From IMG/VR virus record IMGVR_UViG_3300030372_001846, positions 1 through 37,437 of that record: 37,437 nt of DNA; one strand, 5' to 3'. The translations under genes were made by a program, and so were the position numbers. Below the pieces are notes generated by a model, which did no database searches, had not been told where the DNA came from, and was given only the letters and a program-made list of their open reading frames with translations. How positions within the stretch are numbered: the stretch's first letter is position 1; every line of letters begins with the position of its first letter. This DNA comes from a virus (Duplodnaviria > Caudoviricetes). Below, in pieces: positions 26,114 to 35,205 of the stretch.

Positions 26114-26904
26114 GTAAAGGAAAAAGTACAACAAGCACAACAGTAGACCCAACACAAATGGCGATCTATAAAGATTTATATGGGAAAGCACAATCAATAG
26201 CATCACAACCCTTTGTGCCATACACAGGACCCAGGGTAGCTGGTTTTAATCCAGACCAATTACAAGGCTTTGATGCGACCAGAGGAATGTTTACAGATTC
26301 AATGTCGTATGACCCAAGAGGTTTATTATCAGACATGGGATCACAGCCTTTGGATATTGAATCATTCCAAAACCCTTATACAGACCAAGTAATAGATCAA
26401 ACTCTTTCAGATTTAGACAGAGCAAGACAGATACGATTACAAAGTGATCAAGACAGAGCTATTGGCGCCAATGCGTTTGGTGGATCAAGGTCTGGAATAC
26501 TAGAGGCAGAAACGAATAGGAACTTTGCTGATCAAGCTGCGAGAACAGCTGGTAATCTAAGACGATCTGGTTTTGATACAGCGTCTAATCTGGCAATGCG
26601 AGACAGAGGATTTAGGTCTGGCATACAATCTGGATTACTAGGAGATCAATACAGAAACTTAGGTTTACTATCTGATATTGGTCGTCAACAACAAGGAATG
26701 CAACAAGCTGGTATGGATGCTGGTTACGGCGAATTTATGCGAGCTATTGGCTATGGACCACAACAACTTGGGTTATTAGCTCAAGGAGTTAGTGCATTGC
26801 CTACGCAAACACAAACGACTGCCTATGACAAACCTGGTTTTTTCGATCAGTTAGGAAGTGCTGCTAAAGGCATAAGTTCATTTATGGGTTTATTTCCAGT
26901 TTAA
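26110..26904 (+). CDS. Putative internal virion / DNA ejection protein
   Basis: MSKGKSTT start, F.NPY...V, GA.AFGGSR; Q/G/A-rich. Confidence 0.65.
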   Translation: MSKGKSTTSTTVDPTQMAIYKDLYGKAQSIASQPFVPYTGPRVAGFNPDQLQGFDATRGMFTDSMSYDPRGLLSDMGSQPLDIESFQNPYTDQVIDQTLSDLDRARQIRLQSDQDRAIGANAFGGSRSGILEAETNRNFADQAARTAGNLRRSGFDTASNLAMRDRGFRSGIQSGLLGDQYRNLGLLSDIGRQQQGMQQAGMDAGYGEFMRAIGYGPQQLGLLAQGVSALPTQTQTTAYDKPGFFDQLGSAAKGISSFMGLFPV

Positions 26905-26920
26905 TTAAGGAGCTTTATAA

Positions 26921-28015
26921 ATGGCAAATATATTTCAAAAAATAGGAAGTGCTTTTGGTCAATACGGCATGGATAATCGTATGCCAGCAGATCAATTTTT
27001 AAAATTACCAAAAGGTGATAGAAGACAAATGCAAGTCGAAGGTTTACGAAAGTTTAGTGAAGCAATGAATCTTATTGGCGCACAACAGTCTGGTGATCCT
27101 CAAAGAATGGCTTTGGCTCAAAATCAAATTAGACAGAGACAGATACAAAAAAAAGAAGCTGAGAGGAAGGCGGAGCAAGATAAATTGATTGCATCTATGA
27201 GTCCAGAACAACAACAAATATATAAAGCATTTGGGCCAAATGCTGCATTTCAATATCAGCAGCAACAACTAGCTGCTGAATTATCAGGGTTACAAGAACT
27301 AAAAAAAATACAAGGTTTAAAAAATGCAGGATTTAGCGATAGAGAAATTAATTTATTTACAAATGCTGGCATGAAAGCAGATGATATTTTAGCTTTGCGA
27401 GATCAAAATGTTGGTCAATCTTTAGACGAAATAAAAAATAGTGTCGATTTAGAAAGATCGACTCAAGATGAAGTTACAGGAAAAGCACCAGCAGATGACT
27501 TAGCTAATTTAAATGAAGCGCATGGAAGTATTTTACCTGGTGGAGATGCTTTTCAAGAGAATGTTATTAATCAATTGATAGGAAGAAAAATTGGACTTGA
27601 ACCAGCATATGGGACTGGTGCTGCTGTTAGAGCTAAAACAGAACTAGATGAAAGAATTTTGCAAGTTACAACACAAAATTATTCAGGTAGACCAAGTGTA
27701 TTTTTGCTTGAACAAATTAAAAAACTAATACCACCAGTAAATACATCTGATAAAGATGCTTTTGAAAGTTACAGTAAAATTGAAACTAGAGTTAGAGGAT
27801 ATTTGCAAGATTTAGAAAGAGAAATTCAAAGTGGTCAATTCAAGGGTGAAAAATTAGAATTAATGAAATCTGATTTTAGAGAACTGTACGGATTACAACA
27901 AGACTTAGAAACTGCAAAAAAAGGTTTGGGAGATTTTCAGGCAGATATAAAACCTAATTTAGATAATCAATCGTCTGGAAATTACGATAACATATATTTA
28001 AACGATACTAAATAA
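26921..28015 (+). CDS. Putative internal virion / DNA ejection protein
   Basis: Helical, Q-rich; AAGGAG RBS; position in the tail-distal block. Confidence 0.55.
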   Translation: MANIFQKIGSAFGQYGMDNRMPADQFLKLPKGDRRQMQVEGLRKFSEAMNLIGAQQSGDPQRMALAQNQIRQRQIQKKEAERKAEQDKLIASMSPEQQQIYKAFGPNAAFQYQQQQLAAELSGLQELKKIQGLKNAGFSDREINLFTNAGMKADDILALRDQNVGQSLDEIKNSVDLERSTQDEVTGKAPADDLANLNEAHGSILPGGDAFQENVINQLIGRKIGLEPAYGTGAAVRAKTELDERILQVTTQNYSGRPSVFLLEQIKKLIPPVNTSDKDAFESYSKIETRVRGYLQDLEREIQSGQFKGEKLELMKSDFRELYGLQQDLETAKKGLGDFQADIKPNLDNQSSGNYDNIYLNDTK

Positions 28016-30030
28016 TGGCAACATTAGAGTCAGTAAATAATCAACAAGAAGCAATAAAAGTTTTTAATCAAGTAAAAGCTGATGGCTCTCGTTTGCTTAA
28101 AGAAGGCAAAATAGACTCTAAAACATATTATGCAAAAACAAGAGAAGCTGGTATTCAGTTAGGTATTTTTGGAGAAAATGAATATCCAGGAAGATTACCA
28201 AAATGGGTTGAGCCAACACTAGAAATTTTAGGAGGTACGGCTGGTGCAATAGGTGGGGCCATAATGGGCGCTCCAACTGGTCCAGGGGGTGTGATTGGTG
28301 GTGCTGGGATTGGGGCCGGTTTGGGTTCTGGGGGAGCTTCTTTAGCGGTTGATTTTTTAGGTGATTTATTGGCCCCAGATATGCCTTCTCCATCTACAAG
28401 AGAAAGACTAACAGATGCAGCACTAACTGGCACTATTGATGCTGGTTTGACTGTAGCAGCACCAGTTGTTGGTAAATCATTAAGTCCCCTTTTGAGGAAT
28501 GCTTTAGACAAAGGCAAACAAGCATCATTAAAAATAAAAAGCATAATGCCTTCACAAGACGGGGGGGCCACTTTAGCTAATAAAGCATTAGGAATTACAG
28601 ATGAAGCCGTATCTAAAGCAAATGTATTAGGTAAGGAGGGGATCGAACTTTCACTTGGCCAAGCAAGTTCTTCTCCTTTTGTTCAGGGTGCATATAATTT
28701 ATCAAGCAGAATGCCTATAGTTGGAAGTCCAGGTCAGTCTCAGTTAAAAACAAGTTTTCAACAAGTAGAAAAGGCATTAAATAGAAGAATATCACCATCG
28801 GCCAAAATAAAACCCCTATCTGATTCAGAAAGGTCACAACTTATAAAAGAAGTTGGTTTGCAAAGTTTTAAAGATTGGAGAAATTCATATAAGAAAGTTT
28901 ATGATAAAGCTGATCAATTAAATAAAGCTAAAGGAAACTTTTTTGATACTTCTTCTTTATCATCTACAGCAATGAAAGTTTATCCAAAAAGTAAATTCAC
29001 AGACGCTCCTAAAGATATATTAAATTTACTAGATGAAATAAATTTGTATAAATCTGATTTTATTGCTAGTTCAAAAAAAGGAATAGCTCAAACCCCGTCA
29101 AAACTATTAGATTTTAACGATGTTAGGGCATTAGATACAAAACTAACTGATTTGGCAAAGAAATATGATCCAGCCAAAAGTCAAACACCAAATAACTATG
29201 CCTATAGAACAGCAAATGCTTTATTAGATACTATGAAAAGAGAATTAAGAAATCCAAATGACGAGGCGGGTCGTTTATATATTGCTGGCGACAGGCTATT
29301 TAAAAATTATATGGAAGTTGTAGAGAATAAGGTTGGAAAAGAGTTTCAAGGCGCATTTGGTAAAGGTTCTATAAGACCAGGAATTGGTAAACCGCCCACA
29401 CAAAGAGCAGAAGACTTATATAAAAGAACATTTGGAGATAATAAAAGTCCAGAAGCCGTTAAAGAACTTAGAGAATTAATAGGCAAACAGGAATTAAATA
29501 AAATTGCTGGTAATTATTTAGATGATGTTTTTAGTAAATATATAAAAGGAGAGAAAAAAGACTTTAATGGTTTATTTAGGGAGCTTGGTTTTGATAATCC
29601 AAAATCATTAAAGTATGAAGCTACGGAAGAACTGTTGAAGGATTACACATTTACCAGTGCAAAAGATTTAGAAAAATTACTTAGCGCATTGAAACAATTT
29701 CCAGAAGTATTGCCAGATGTAAACACTTTCATTATGAGGGCCGGTGCATTAAGGGCAGCATCTAATTTAGGCCCAAGTGCCATTGTGGGAGCTACTGGAG
29801 CTACTGCTGGTATTCCAGCAGTCGGTTTGTTGTACGCATTTAATAGGTTCTTATCGCAACCATTTAATAAAGATTTAGTAAATAAAGCTATTAAAAGCAA
29901 TCCTAACGGAGTTAAAGAATTACTTAGAAGGTTTACAGAATATTTACCGCAAATATCTAATTCTGTTCCCCCTTCCGCTATTGCAGTTCAACCCCTAGTG
30001 CCGATTGTAGAGGAACAACTAAATCAATGA
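28015..30030 (+). CDS. Putative large DNA ejection protein
   Basis: 671 aa; Gly/Ala-rich hydrophobic segments near both ends; last gene of the structural block. Confidence 0.6.
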   Translation: MATLESVNNQQEAIKVFNQVKADGSRLLKEGKIDSKTYYAKTREAGIQLGIFGENEYPGRLPKWVEPTLEILGGTAGAIGGAIMGAPTGPGGVIGGAGIGAGLGSGGASLAVDFLGDLLAPDMPSPSTRERLTDAALTGTIDAGLTVAAPVVGKSLSPLLRNALDKGKQASLKIKSIMPSQDGGATLANKALGITDEAVSKANVLGKEGIELSLGQASSSPFVQGAYNLSSRMPIVGSPGQSQLKTSFQQVEKALNRRISPSAKIKPLSDSERSQLIKEVGLQSFKDWRNSYKKVYDKADQLNKAKGNFFDTSSLSSTAMKVYPKSKFTDAPKDILNLLDEINLYKSDFIASSKKGIAQTPSKLLDFNDVRALDTKLTDLAKKYDPAKSQTPNNYAYRTANALLDTMKRELRNPNDEAGRLYIAGDRLFKNYMEVVENKVGKEFQGAFGKGSIRPGIGKPPTQRAEDLYKRTFGDNKSPEAVKELRELIGKQELNKIAGNYLDDVFSKYIKGEKKDFNGLFRELGFDNPKSLKYEATEELLKDYTFTSAKDLEKLLSALKQFPEVLPDVNTFIMRAGALRAASNLGPSAIVGATGATAGIPAVGLLYAFNRFLSQPFNKDLVNKAIKSNPNGVKELLRRFTEYLPQISNSVPPSAIAVQPLVPIVEEQLNQ

Positions 30031-30041
30031 TCTAAAACTTT

Positions 30042-30446
30042 ATGAGTAGAGCAACGGAAAGGCTCGGTAGATGCGGAGAATATTTTACAGCTTCGGTTCT
30101 TTCTCTTGAGTCTGACTCAGTAGTTGTTCTTCCTCATGGCTCTCACGCAGACATCCTGTTTGAACACGAAGACCATATATATAAGTGTCAAGTTAAGACA
30201 AAATCCAAAAGAGAAAAGGGACATCCTAATTGGAGGTTTGATATGAGGCGAGGGTCCCATACAAAAGACCGAGAATACAAGAAAGGGCAAGTAGATATAT
30301 TTGCCCTTTTTAGTTTGGAGTACATGAATGTAGTTTTTATTCCTTCCATGAAACAAAACTCTATTCGTATAAACGATGATGATATGCGAAACAAATGCAG
30401 TAAAGAATCTTTGTATGAAGCATTAAAATTACAAGGGGACCAGTAA
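30042..30446 (+). CDS. PD-(D/E)XK endonuclease
   Basis: G..GE, ADILF, CQVKT catalytic motif; Y...VDIFA. Confidence 0.8.
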   Translation: MSRATERLGRCGEYFTASVLSLESDSVVVLPHGSHADILFEHEDHIYKCQVKTKSKREKGHPNWRFDMRRGSHTKDREYKKGQVDIFALFSLEYMNVVFIPSMKQNSIRINDDDMRNKCSKESLYEALKLQGDQ

Positions 30447-30507
30447 GGGACGGCAATAAATTAAATAAATAAATCTTTAAAATCCGCCATAAAATAGACA
30501 GAGCCAT

Positions 30508-30555
30508 TGGTTTGGGACCAGGGGGTCGAAGGTTCGAATCCTTTCTCCCCGACCA
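30508..30555 (+). other. attP core = 3' half of tRNA-Pro(TGG); not an intact tRNA
   Basis: TGG-TTTGGGA-CCAGG anticodon arm, GAAGG-TTCGAAT-CCTTT T-arm, acceptor 3' strand plus ACCA. No D-arm or 5' acceptor strand upstream. Confidence 0.92.
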
Positions 30556-30575
30556 TGTTTTTCGCAGAAAATAGC

Positions 30576-30604
30576 TTGTAAATCAGCCAAATATACTTTA
30601 CTAT
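30576..30604 (+). promoter_or_regulatory. Putative integrase promoter
   Basis: TTGTAA-N17-TACTAT, about 80 bp before the int ATG; GAGGAGG RBS. Confidence 0.55.
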
Positions 30605-30681
30605 TAGTTACTGACTATTACTGTGTTTTACCACTAAATATATGTTTTGGAAGGGACAGATCGGGGACAGAGGAGGATTAA

Positions 30682-31785
30682 ATGGCTAAGTATGAACCAG
30701 ACAAACAAGTAAATGGACTGCGTAAATATGATAACAGGGGTTATTATTTACATTATGAAGATGTTTTAAACGTCACCAATAGTTCTTATAGAGACAAAAG
30801 AATTGCAAGCCTAGATACACCAATTAATGTTGTAAGAAATAAAGCCAAACAACTACTAGGAGAGGTAGCAAGTGGAATTGATCCGTTTGAGACTTCTACT
30901 GGTTTAACAGTAAATGACCTTTTCCACGATTATTTAGAGGATTGTAAAAGCAGAAAAGTTAAGGGCGCTATGAACAATGGCATAAACAAAGACAAACCCT
31001 CTGATATAGAAAATATATACAATAGGCACATCAAAACCACTATTGGTCGAAAAAATGCTAAAAATATCCAGAGAGGAGATATTAAAATATTACATCGAAA
31101 TATTTCAAAAGATTACAAGTATCAATCTAATCGGGTTGTGGAATTATTGTGTGCTATTTATAACAACGCTATCTCATCAGACTTAGTAGATACCAATCCA
31201 GCTACACACATCAGAAAGAACCAGGAGGAAGAAAGAGACAGGTATTTAACAAAAAAAGAGTTGGGAAAAATTGTTGAAGAATTAAATCTAAAGGCCAAGG
31301 AGCAAGACGGCAAATGGTCTAAATCTATTTCCTTTATTTGGTTATCTATTTTAACTGGTGCAAGAAAGGGAGAACTGGCATCTGCAAAGTGGACGGACTT
31401 AAAAGACAATAAAATTACTCTTAAAAAACACAAAACTGATAAGAGTGGACAACCAAGAACAATTTACCTATCTACACAAGCTCTTAACATTGTTAATAAA
31501 TTAAAAAGAGATAGTGAATATATTATCGGAGTAAAGGACCCTAAAAAGTTATGGAGAGGAGTGCGTGAGCGTGCTGGTTGTCCCGATTTACATTATCACG
31601 ATTTAAGACACGCTTTTGGGACGTTTGCTTTTGATGCGTTGCGTAATGATAAATTGGGTGGAAATTTAATGGGACACGCAGATAGAAAATCTTTTGACCG
31701 ATACCAAAAAGTTTTACCAGAAACGGCTCAAGAAAGTAGTCAGGTAGTCGGTGACTATATTCAAAAGCTCTGGATGGAAGGATAA
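30682..31785 (+). CDS. int: Tyrosine integrase
   Basis: TGARKGE (R), HKT (K), HDLRH, LMGH and RY catalytic set; N-terminal arm-binding-like region ending G.DP. Confidence 0.95.
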   Translation: MAKYEPDKQVNGLRKYDNRGYYLHYEDVLNVTNSSYRDKRIASLDTPINVVRNKAKQLLGEVASGIDPFETSTGLTVNDLFHDYLEDCKSRKVKGAMNNGINKDKPSDIENIYNRHIKTTIGRKNAKNIQRGDIKILHRNISKDYKYQSNRVVELLCAIYNNAISSDLVDTNPATHIRKNQEEERDRYLTKKELGKIVEELNLKAKEQDGKWSKSISFIWLSILTGARKGELASAKWTDLKDNKITLKKHKTDKSGQPRTIYLSTQALNIVNKLKRDSEYIIGVKDPKKLWRGVRERAGCPDLHYHDLRHAFGTFAFDALRNDKLGGNLMGHADRKSFDRYQKVLPETAQESSQVVGDYIQKLWMEG

Positions 31786-31796
31786 TATTTTATTAT

Positions 31797-32105
31797 CTAA
31801 TGCTCTTGTTCTAAACGATCTATCACAAAGATTTTCTTTGCTGCATCAATAGATATTCCGTATTCATCTGCTAAGAAGGTTAGCTTTTGTCTTGGAAAAG
31901 ACTCAACATCTTCTATTGCATTCATAACGATTATTTTCTTTTGTACTGTGTCGTACTTTTGCCACTCACATACTTGCTTGAAGTTTCTGCCACAAACACA
32001 TTTATCACTAGTTCCGTAAGACAAGTTACAAACAGAAATGCAAGGAGAATCTTCTAAAGATGAAGACATGCCGTTTAGTTTTGTTTTTGATGTATATTCA
32101 CTCAT
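31797..32105 (-). CDS. DUF1289-like Cys-rich protein
   Basis: SPCISVC...C.CGR...V..W motif. Confidence 0.7.
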   Translation of the reverse strand: MSEYTSKTKLNGMSSSLEDSPCISVCNLSYGTSDKCVCGRNFKQVCEWQKYDTVQKKIIVMNAIEDVESFPRQKLTFLADEYGISIDAAKKIFVIDRLEQEH

Positions 32106-32386
32106 GGTTTTTCCACATTGGTTTTAGGAAATCTTTCTTCTGTATCGGCTTCCAGCCAATTTCCATCAGAGTCTCGTCCATGTTCTATCTCTAATGCTAA
32201 ATCAATAAAATGTTTTGCTTTTAATAAGTCTGCAACTTTGTTTTCTTTTTTTCTTGTAATGTATTTCAAAATATTTCCTTCACAGTAGCTTAAATTATTT
32301 GCATAAATATATTCCAAAGGTTGTATGCCTTTGTTTTTATAATGGTCGCCTCTAACTTGTTCATCGCTTGCCAATTTTTTTTTCAT
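32102..32386 (-). CDS. DUF3310 (T7 gp1.7/SaV-like) protein
   Basis: QV.GDHYK...IQP.EYI..N.L.YCEGNILKYITR...DL.KAKHFI. Confidence 0.85.
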   Translation of the reverse strand: MKKKLASDEQVRGDHYKNKGIQPLEYIYANNLSYCEGNILKYITRKKENKVADLLKAKHFIDLALEIEHGRDSDGNWLEADTEERFPKTNVEKP

Positions 32387-32478
32387 AAATCTTTTTATAA
32401 TTTTTAAAAACTTTTTTCTTTTATAAATTTTCTCAATAAATTTTATGTTGTTTAATTAAACTTTTTTATCACAGTCGC

Positions 32479-32509
32479 TTGACTTAATAGTAGCTTGTGT
32501 GGGTATAAT
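32479..32509 (+). promoter_or_regulatory. Putative rightward early promoter
   Basis: TTGACT-N19-TATAAT upstream of the HTH gene, preceded by a very AT-rich tract. Confidence 0.5.
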
Positions 32510-32536
32510 ACTGCAAAGAGGAAGAAATGGGAAGGT

Positions 32537-32743
32537 ATGAGGAATATTCAAAAAGATAACAATCGAAAATTTATTAATACAAAAGAATTAGCAGAACGAT
32601 GGGACAGGTCTCCTTCAACAATAGAAAATTGGAGAAGCAATGGAAGAGGTCCTAAATATTTAAAATTAGAAGGTAGAGTTTTATACTCTTTAGAAGAAAT
32701 AGAAGGTTACGAGGAGAAGTCTATTGCAAACAATAGCTTATGA
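32537..32743 (+). CDS. Excisionase/AlpA-like HTH protein
   Basis: FINTKELAERW..SPSTIENWRS.GRGPKYLKL.GRVLY....I; ATG at 32537 is the likely start. Confidence 0.85.
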   Translation: MRNIQKDNNRKFINTKELAERWDRSPSTIENWRSNGRGPKYLKLEGRVLYSLEEIEGYEEKSIANNSL

Positions 32744-33515
32744 CATAAACCATCAATTTAAGGATCAAATTGTGGCAGCACACGCATCAAGGAGTCCATC
32801 CGCATCAAAGAGGTGGATGTCTTGCCCAGGTTCTATAAAACTATCAGAAGACATTCCATATTCATCTAGTTATGCAGCAGCGTCAGGAACCATAGTACAC
32901 AATATGGTTGAAATGCTTCTCAAGGGGCATTTAGAAAATGCGTCATTGAGTGATTATTGGTTAGATAAACAAGAAGTCTATGATGACTTTGAAGTAACAG
33001 TAACCAAAGACATGATTAAGTGTGCAGAAACGTATGTGCATTATGTTGAAACAAGAACACAAGAATTAGACGGCAAATTATTAATAGAAGAAAAATTACG
33101 TATAGATGAGTTGAGCGAACATTGCTGGGGTACAGGGGACGCAGTTATTATAGGAAAGAAAACTAATCGCATAGCGGTTATAGATTTAAAATCTGGAAAG
33201 TTTCCAGTAGATGTACAAGACAATACTCAGCTTATGATTTATGGCCTTGGTGCTGCATCAAGATATGCCAATGAAAATACCACTATAGAATTAACAATAG
33301 TACAGCCACTCGGTTTTCACAAAGACGGACCGATTAGAAGCTGGGATATTTCAGCAACCGATTTGGTTGACTGGGGTTACGATATTCTAAAGCCAGCGAT
33401 AGACGCTACTTTTGAAGAGGAGCCTATATACAATGTAGGCGATCATTGTAAATTTTGTCCCGCAAAAATAAATAATAAATGTGAGACATACAAACTTATG
33501 GAGAAAAATAAATGA
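32724..33515 (+). CDS. Cas4-like PD-(D/E)XK exonuclease (DUF2800-like)
   Basis: SPS...RW..CPGS, GT..H, WGTGD, IDLKSG, QL..Y, HCKFCPAK. Start may be slightly downstream. Confidence 0.85.
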   Translation: MQTIAYDINHQFKDQIVAAHASRSPSASKRWMSCPGSIKLSEDIPYSSSYAAASGTIVHNMVEMLLKGHLENASLSDYWLDKQEVYDDFEVTVTKDMIKCAETYVHYVETRTQELDGKLLIEEKLRIDELSEHCWGTGDAVIIGKKTNRIAVIDLKSGKFPVDVQDNTQLMIYGLGAASRYANENTTIELTIVQPLGFHKDGPIRSWDISATDLVDWGYDILKPAIDATFEEEPIYNVGDHCKFCPAKINNKCETYKLMEKNK

Positions 33516-33832
33516 ATGAAGAAGTAAAACCTGTTTTAACTTTTGTAGATAAGGAAGGCGATACAAGGGAGGTGCATGAACATGATCTGAACGATCAATC
33601 AACGCCTATTGTTCAAGAAATTAGTGCTGTTCTGATGGCACAACGAGATTTACAACCAGCGCATGAACAGGCGCAAAAGGTTTTAAGTCACTGGAATAGT
33701 CTTAGCTTAAATATAAATTTATTAACAGAAAAATTAGAACCATTACTTCCTAGTAAGAAAGCAAAGCAAATAATTAAATCTATGACGAAGGAGGTTAAAG
33801 ATGAGTCTAGCAGCGATAAGACAAACAAATGA
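33512..33832 (+). CDS. Hypothetical protein, 106 aa
   Basis: GGAG RBS; ATGA overlap. Confidence 0.7.
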   Translation: MNEEVKPVLTFVDKEGDTREVHEHDLNDQSTPIVQEISAVLMAQRDLQPAHEQAQKVLSHWNSLSLNINLLTEKLEPLLPSKKAKQIIKSMTKEVKDESSSDKTNK

Positions 33833-34535
33833 ATTAAAACCGCCTAGAATAATTTTATTCGGTGGCGCTGGAGTAGGTAAGTCTTCTTTTGGAGCTTCAA
33901 TGAATGCCCCTATATTTTTACTAACAGAAGACGGGTTAGGAAAAATACAAGTAGATCATTTTCCTTTAGCAGAAGATTATTCCGCTGTGAAAAAAAATTT
34001 ACAATCATTAATTAACGAGGATCACGAATATAAGACTTTAGTAGTTGACTCTTTAGATTGGTTAGAACCTTTGTTGTGGACGCAGATTTGTGAAGACAAT
34101 AATTGGAAATCTATTGAGCAACCTGGTTATGGGCGTGGTTATGTAGAGGTTCTTAAATACTGGAGAGAATATTTAGATATGTTGAATGTTCTCAGAAATG
34201 AAAAGAAGATGACAATCTTGCAGATATGCCACAACGTAGTTAAGCGTGTGGTAAATCCAGAGATTGAAGAGTTCGACCAAAACCAACTTAAACTCCATGC
34301 TAAAAGTGCAGCTTTAATTTCAGAGTTTTCGGATGCCGTATTCTTTACTAATTACAAACTTGGAACAGTAAAAGTTCAGGGCAAGAACGGACAAACTAAA
34401 ACTAAAGCGGTTTCAGGAGATAGAGTTATTTATACGGAAGAACGACCAGCTTTTCTTGCAAAGAATAGGTATGGTCTTGATTTTGAAATGCCATTTGATT
34501 GGAATGCGATTAGAGAGGCAATGATTTCAAAATGA
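33801..34535 (+). CDS. AAA_24 ATPase (Sak4-like recombinase)
   Basis: G.AGVGKS, TEDG, TLVVDSLDWLE, GYGRGY, AKNRYGL. Confidence 0.88.
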   Translation: MSLAAIRQTNELKPPRIILFGGAGVGKSSFGASMNAPIFLLTEDGLGKIQVDHFPLAEDYSAVKKNLQSLINEDHEYKTLVVDSLDWLEPLLWTQICEDNNWKSIEQPGYGRGYVEVLKYWREYLDMLNVLRNEKKMTILQICHNVVKRVVNPEIEEFDQNQLKLHAKSAALISEFSDAVFFTNYKLGTVKVQGKNGQTKTKAVSGDRVIYTEERPAFLAKNRYGLDFEMPFDWNAIREAMISK

Positions 34536-34729
34536 TAAATCCAGAAGTTGATAAGCTAGTTAAATCCCTAGAGCGTATAGAGAGAACAATCGATCTTCGT
34601 ATCGAAATCGATCCATACGAAGAATTCGCTTATCCTTCTGGTACGATAACAACGTTAGAAGAAATACAGGAGTTGGTAGTCTGGTTACAAGATTATTTAC
34701 AAGATTATCATGTTTACGATTTAGGTTAA
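34532..34729 (+). CDS. Hypothetical protein, 65 aa
   Basis: ATGA overlap within the replication operon. Confidence 0.6.
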   Translation: MINPEVDKLVKSLERIERTIDLRIEIDPYEEFAYPSGTITTLEEIQELVVWLQDYLQDYHVYDLG

Positions 34730-34746
34730 TAATATAGGAGAAAAAA

Positions 34747-35205
34747 ATGACAGATTTAACCGATTACAATATAGATTTAGACGAAGAAGGTTCGTCTAGT
34801 GGTGGAAGCAAATTAGAAGAAGGCAGATATAATTTAGATTATGCTGGTAGTGAAATTATTGAAGGTGCTAATGGCTGGAAGGCTTTAAAGATTCACTTTG
34901 AAATACAAGACACTACTATTAATGTTACAACTACCTTCACTCTAAAACATGACACGTCTGAAAAGGCTGTAGAAATAGGTGCTGAGTCTTTAAGAAAATT
35001 TGCTAAAGCTTGTGGGTTGTCTGGTGCTTTTAAAAATGCAGATGAGCAATTAATAAATAAATCAGTTTCTTGTGAATTAAAGAAAAATGATAAAGGTTAT
35101 CTTGATGTAGCTGATAATTTTGGTAATGCTTGGCAACCAGCTACTACATCAAAACCAAATAGTGAAGAAAAAGATAGTGCTGTTAATGAAACAGTACCTT
35201 TCTGA
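34747..35205 (+). CDS. Putative ssDNA-binding protein (DUF669-like)
   Basis: Follows the Sak4-like gene; L.EG.Y, L.KFA.ACG; acidic tail ending VPF. Confidence 0.7.
   Translation: MTDLTDYNIDLDEEGSSSGGSKLEEGRYNLDYAGSEIIEGANGWKALKIHFEIQDTTINVTTTFTLKHDTSEKAVEIGAESLRKFAKACGLSGAFKNADEQLINKSVSCELKKNDKGYLDVADNFGNAWQPATTSKPNSEEKDSAVNETVPF

Larger units (their letters stand above)
30435..30668 (+). mobile_element. attP region: core plus flanking arm-type repeat pairs
   Basis: (G/A)GGGAC pairs with 11-bp period at 30435/30446 and 30652/30663 flank a tRNA-derived core, next to the integrase. Confidence 0.8.

Noticed and set aside
28015-30030. Tape measure protein
   Set aside because: No tail tube or tail assembly chaperone genes; the context matches podovirus ejection proteins.
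30480-30555. Intact phage tRNA-Pro gene
   Set aside because: No 5' acceptor strand or D-arm upstream of the anticodon stem; it is an attP fragment.
34589-34613. ATCGAT-rich quasi-palindrome
   Set aside because: It lies within a coding region (IDLRIEID) and is explained by codon content.
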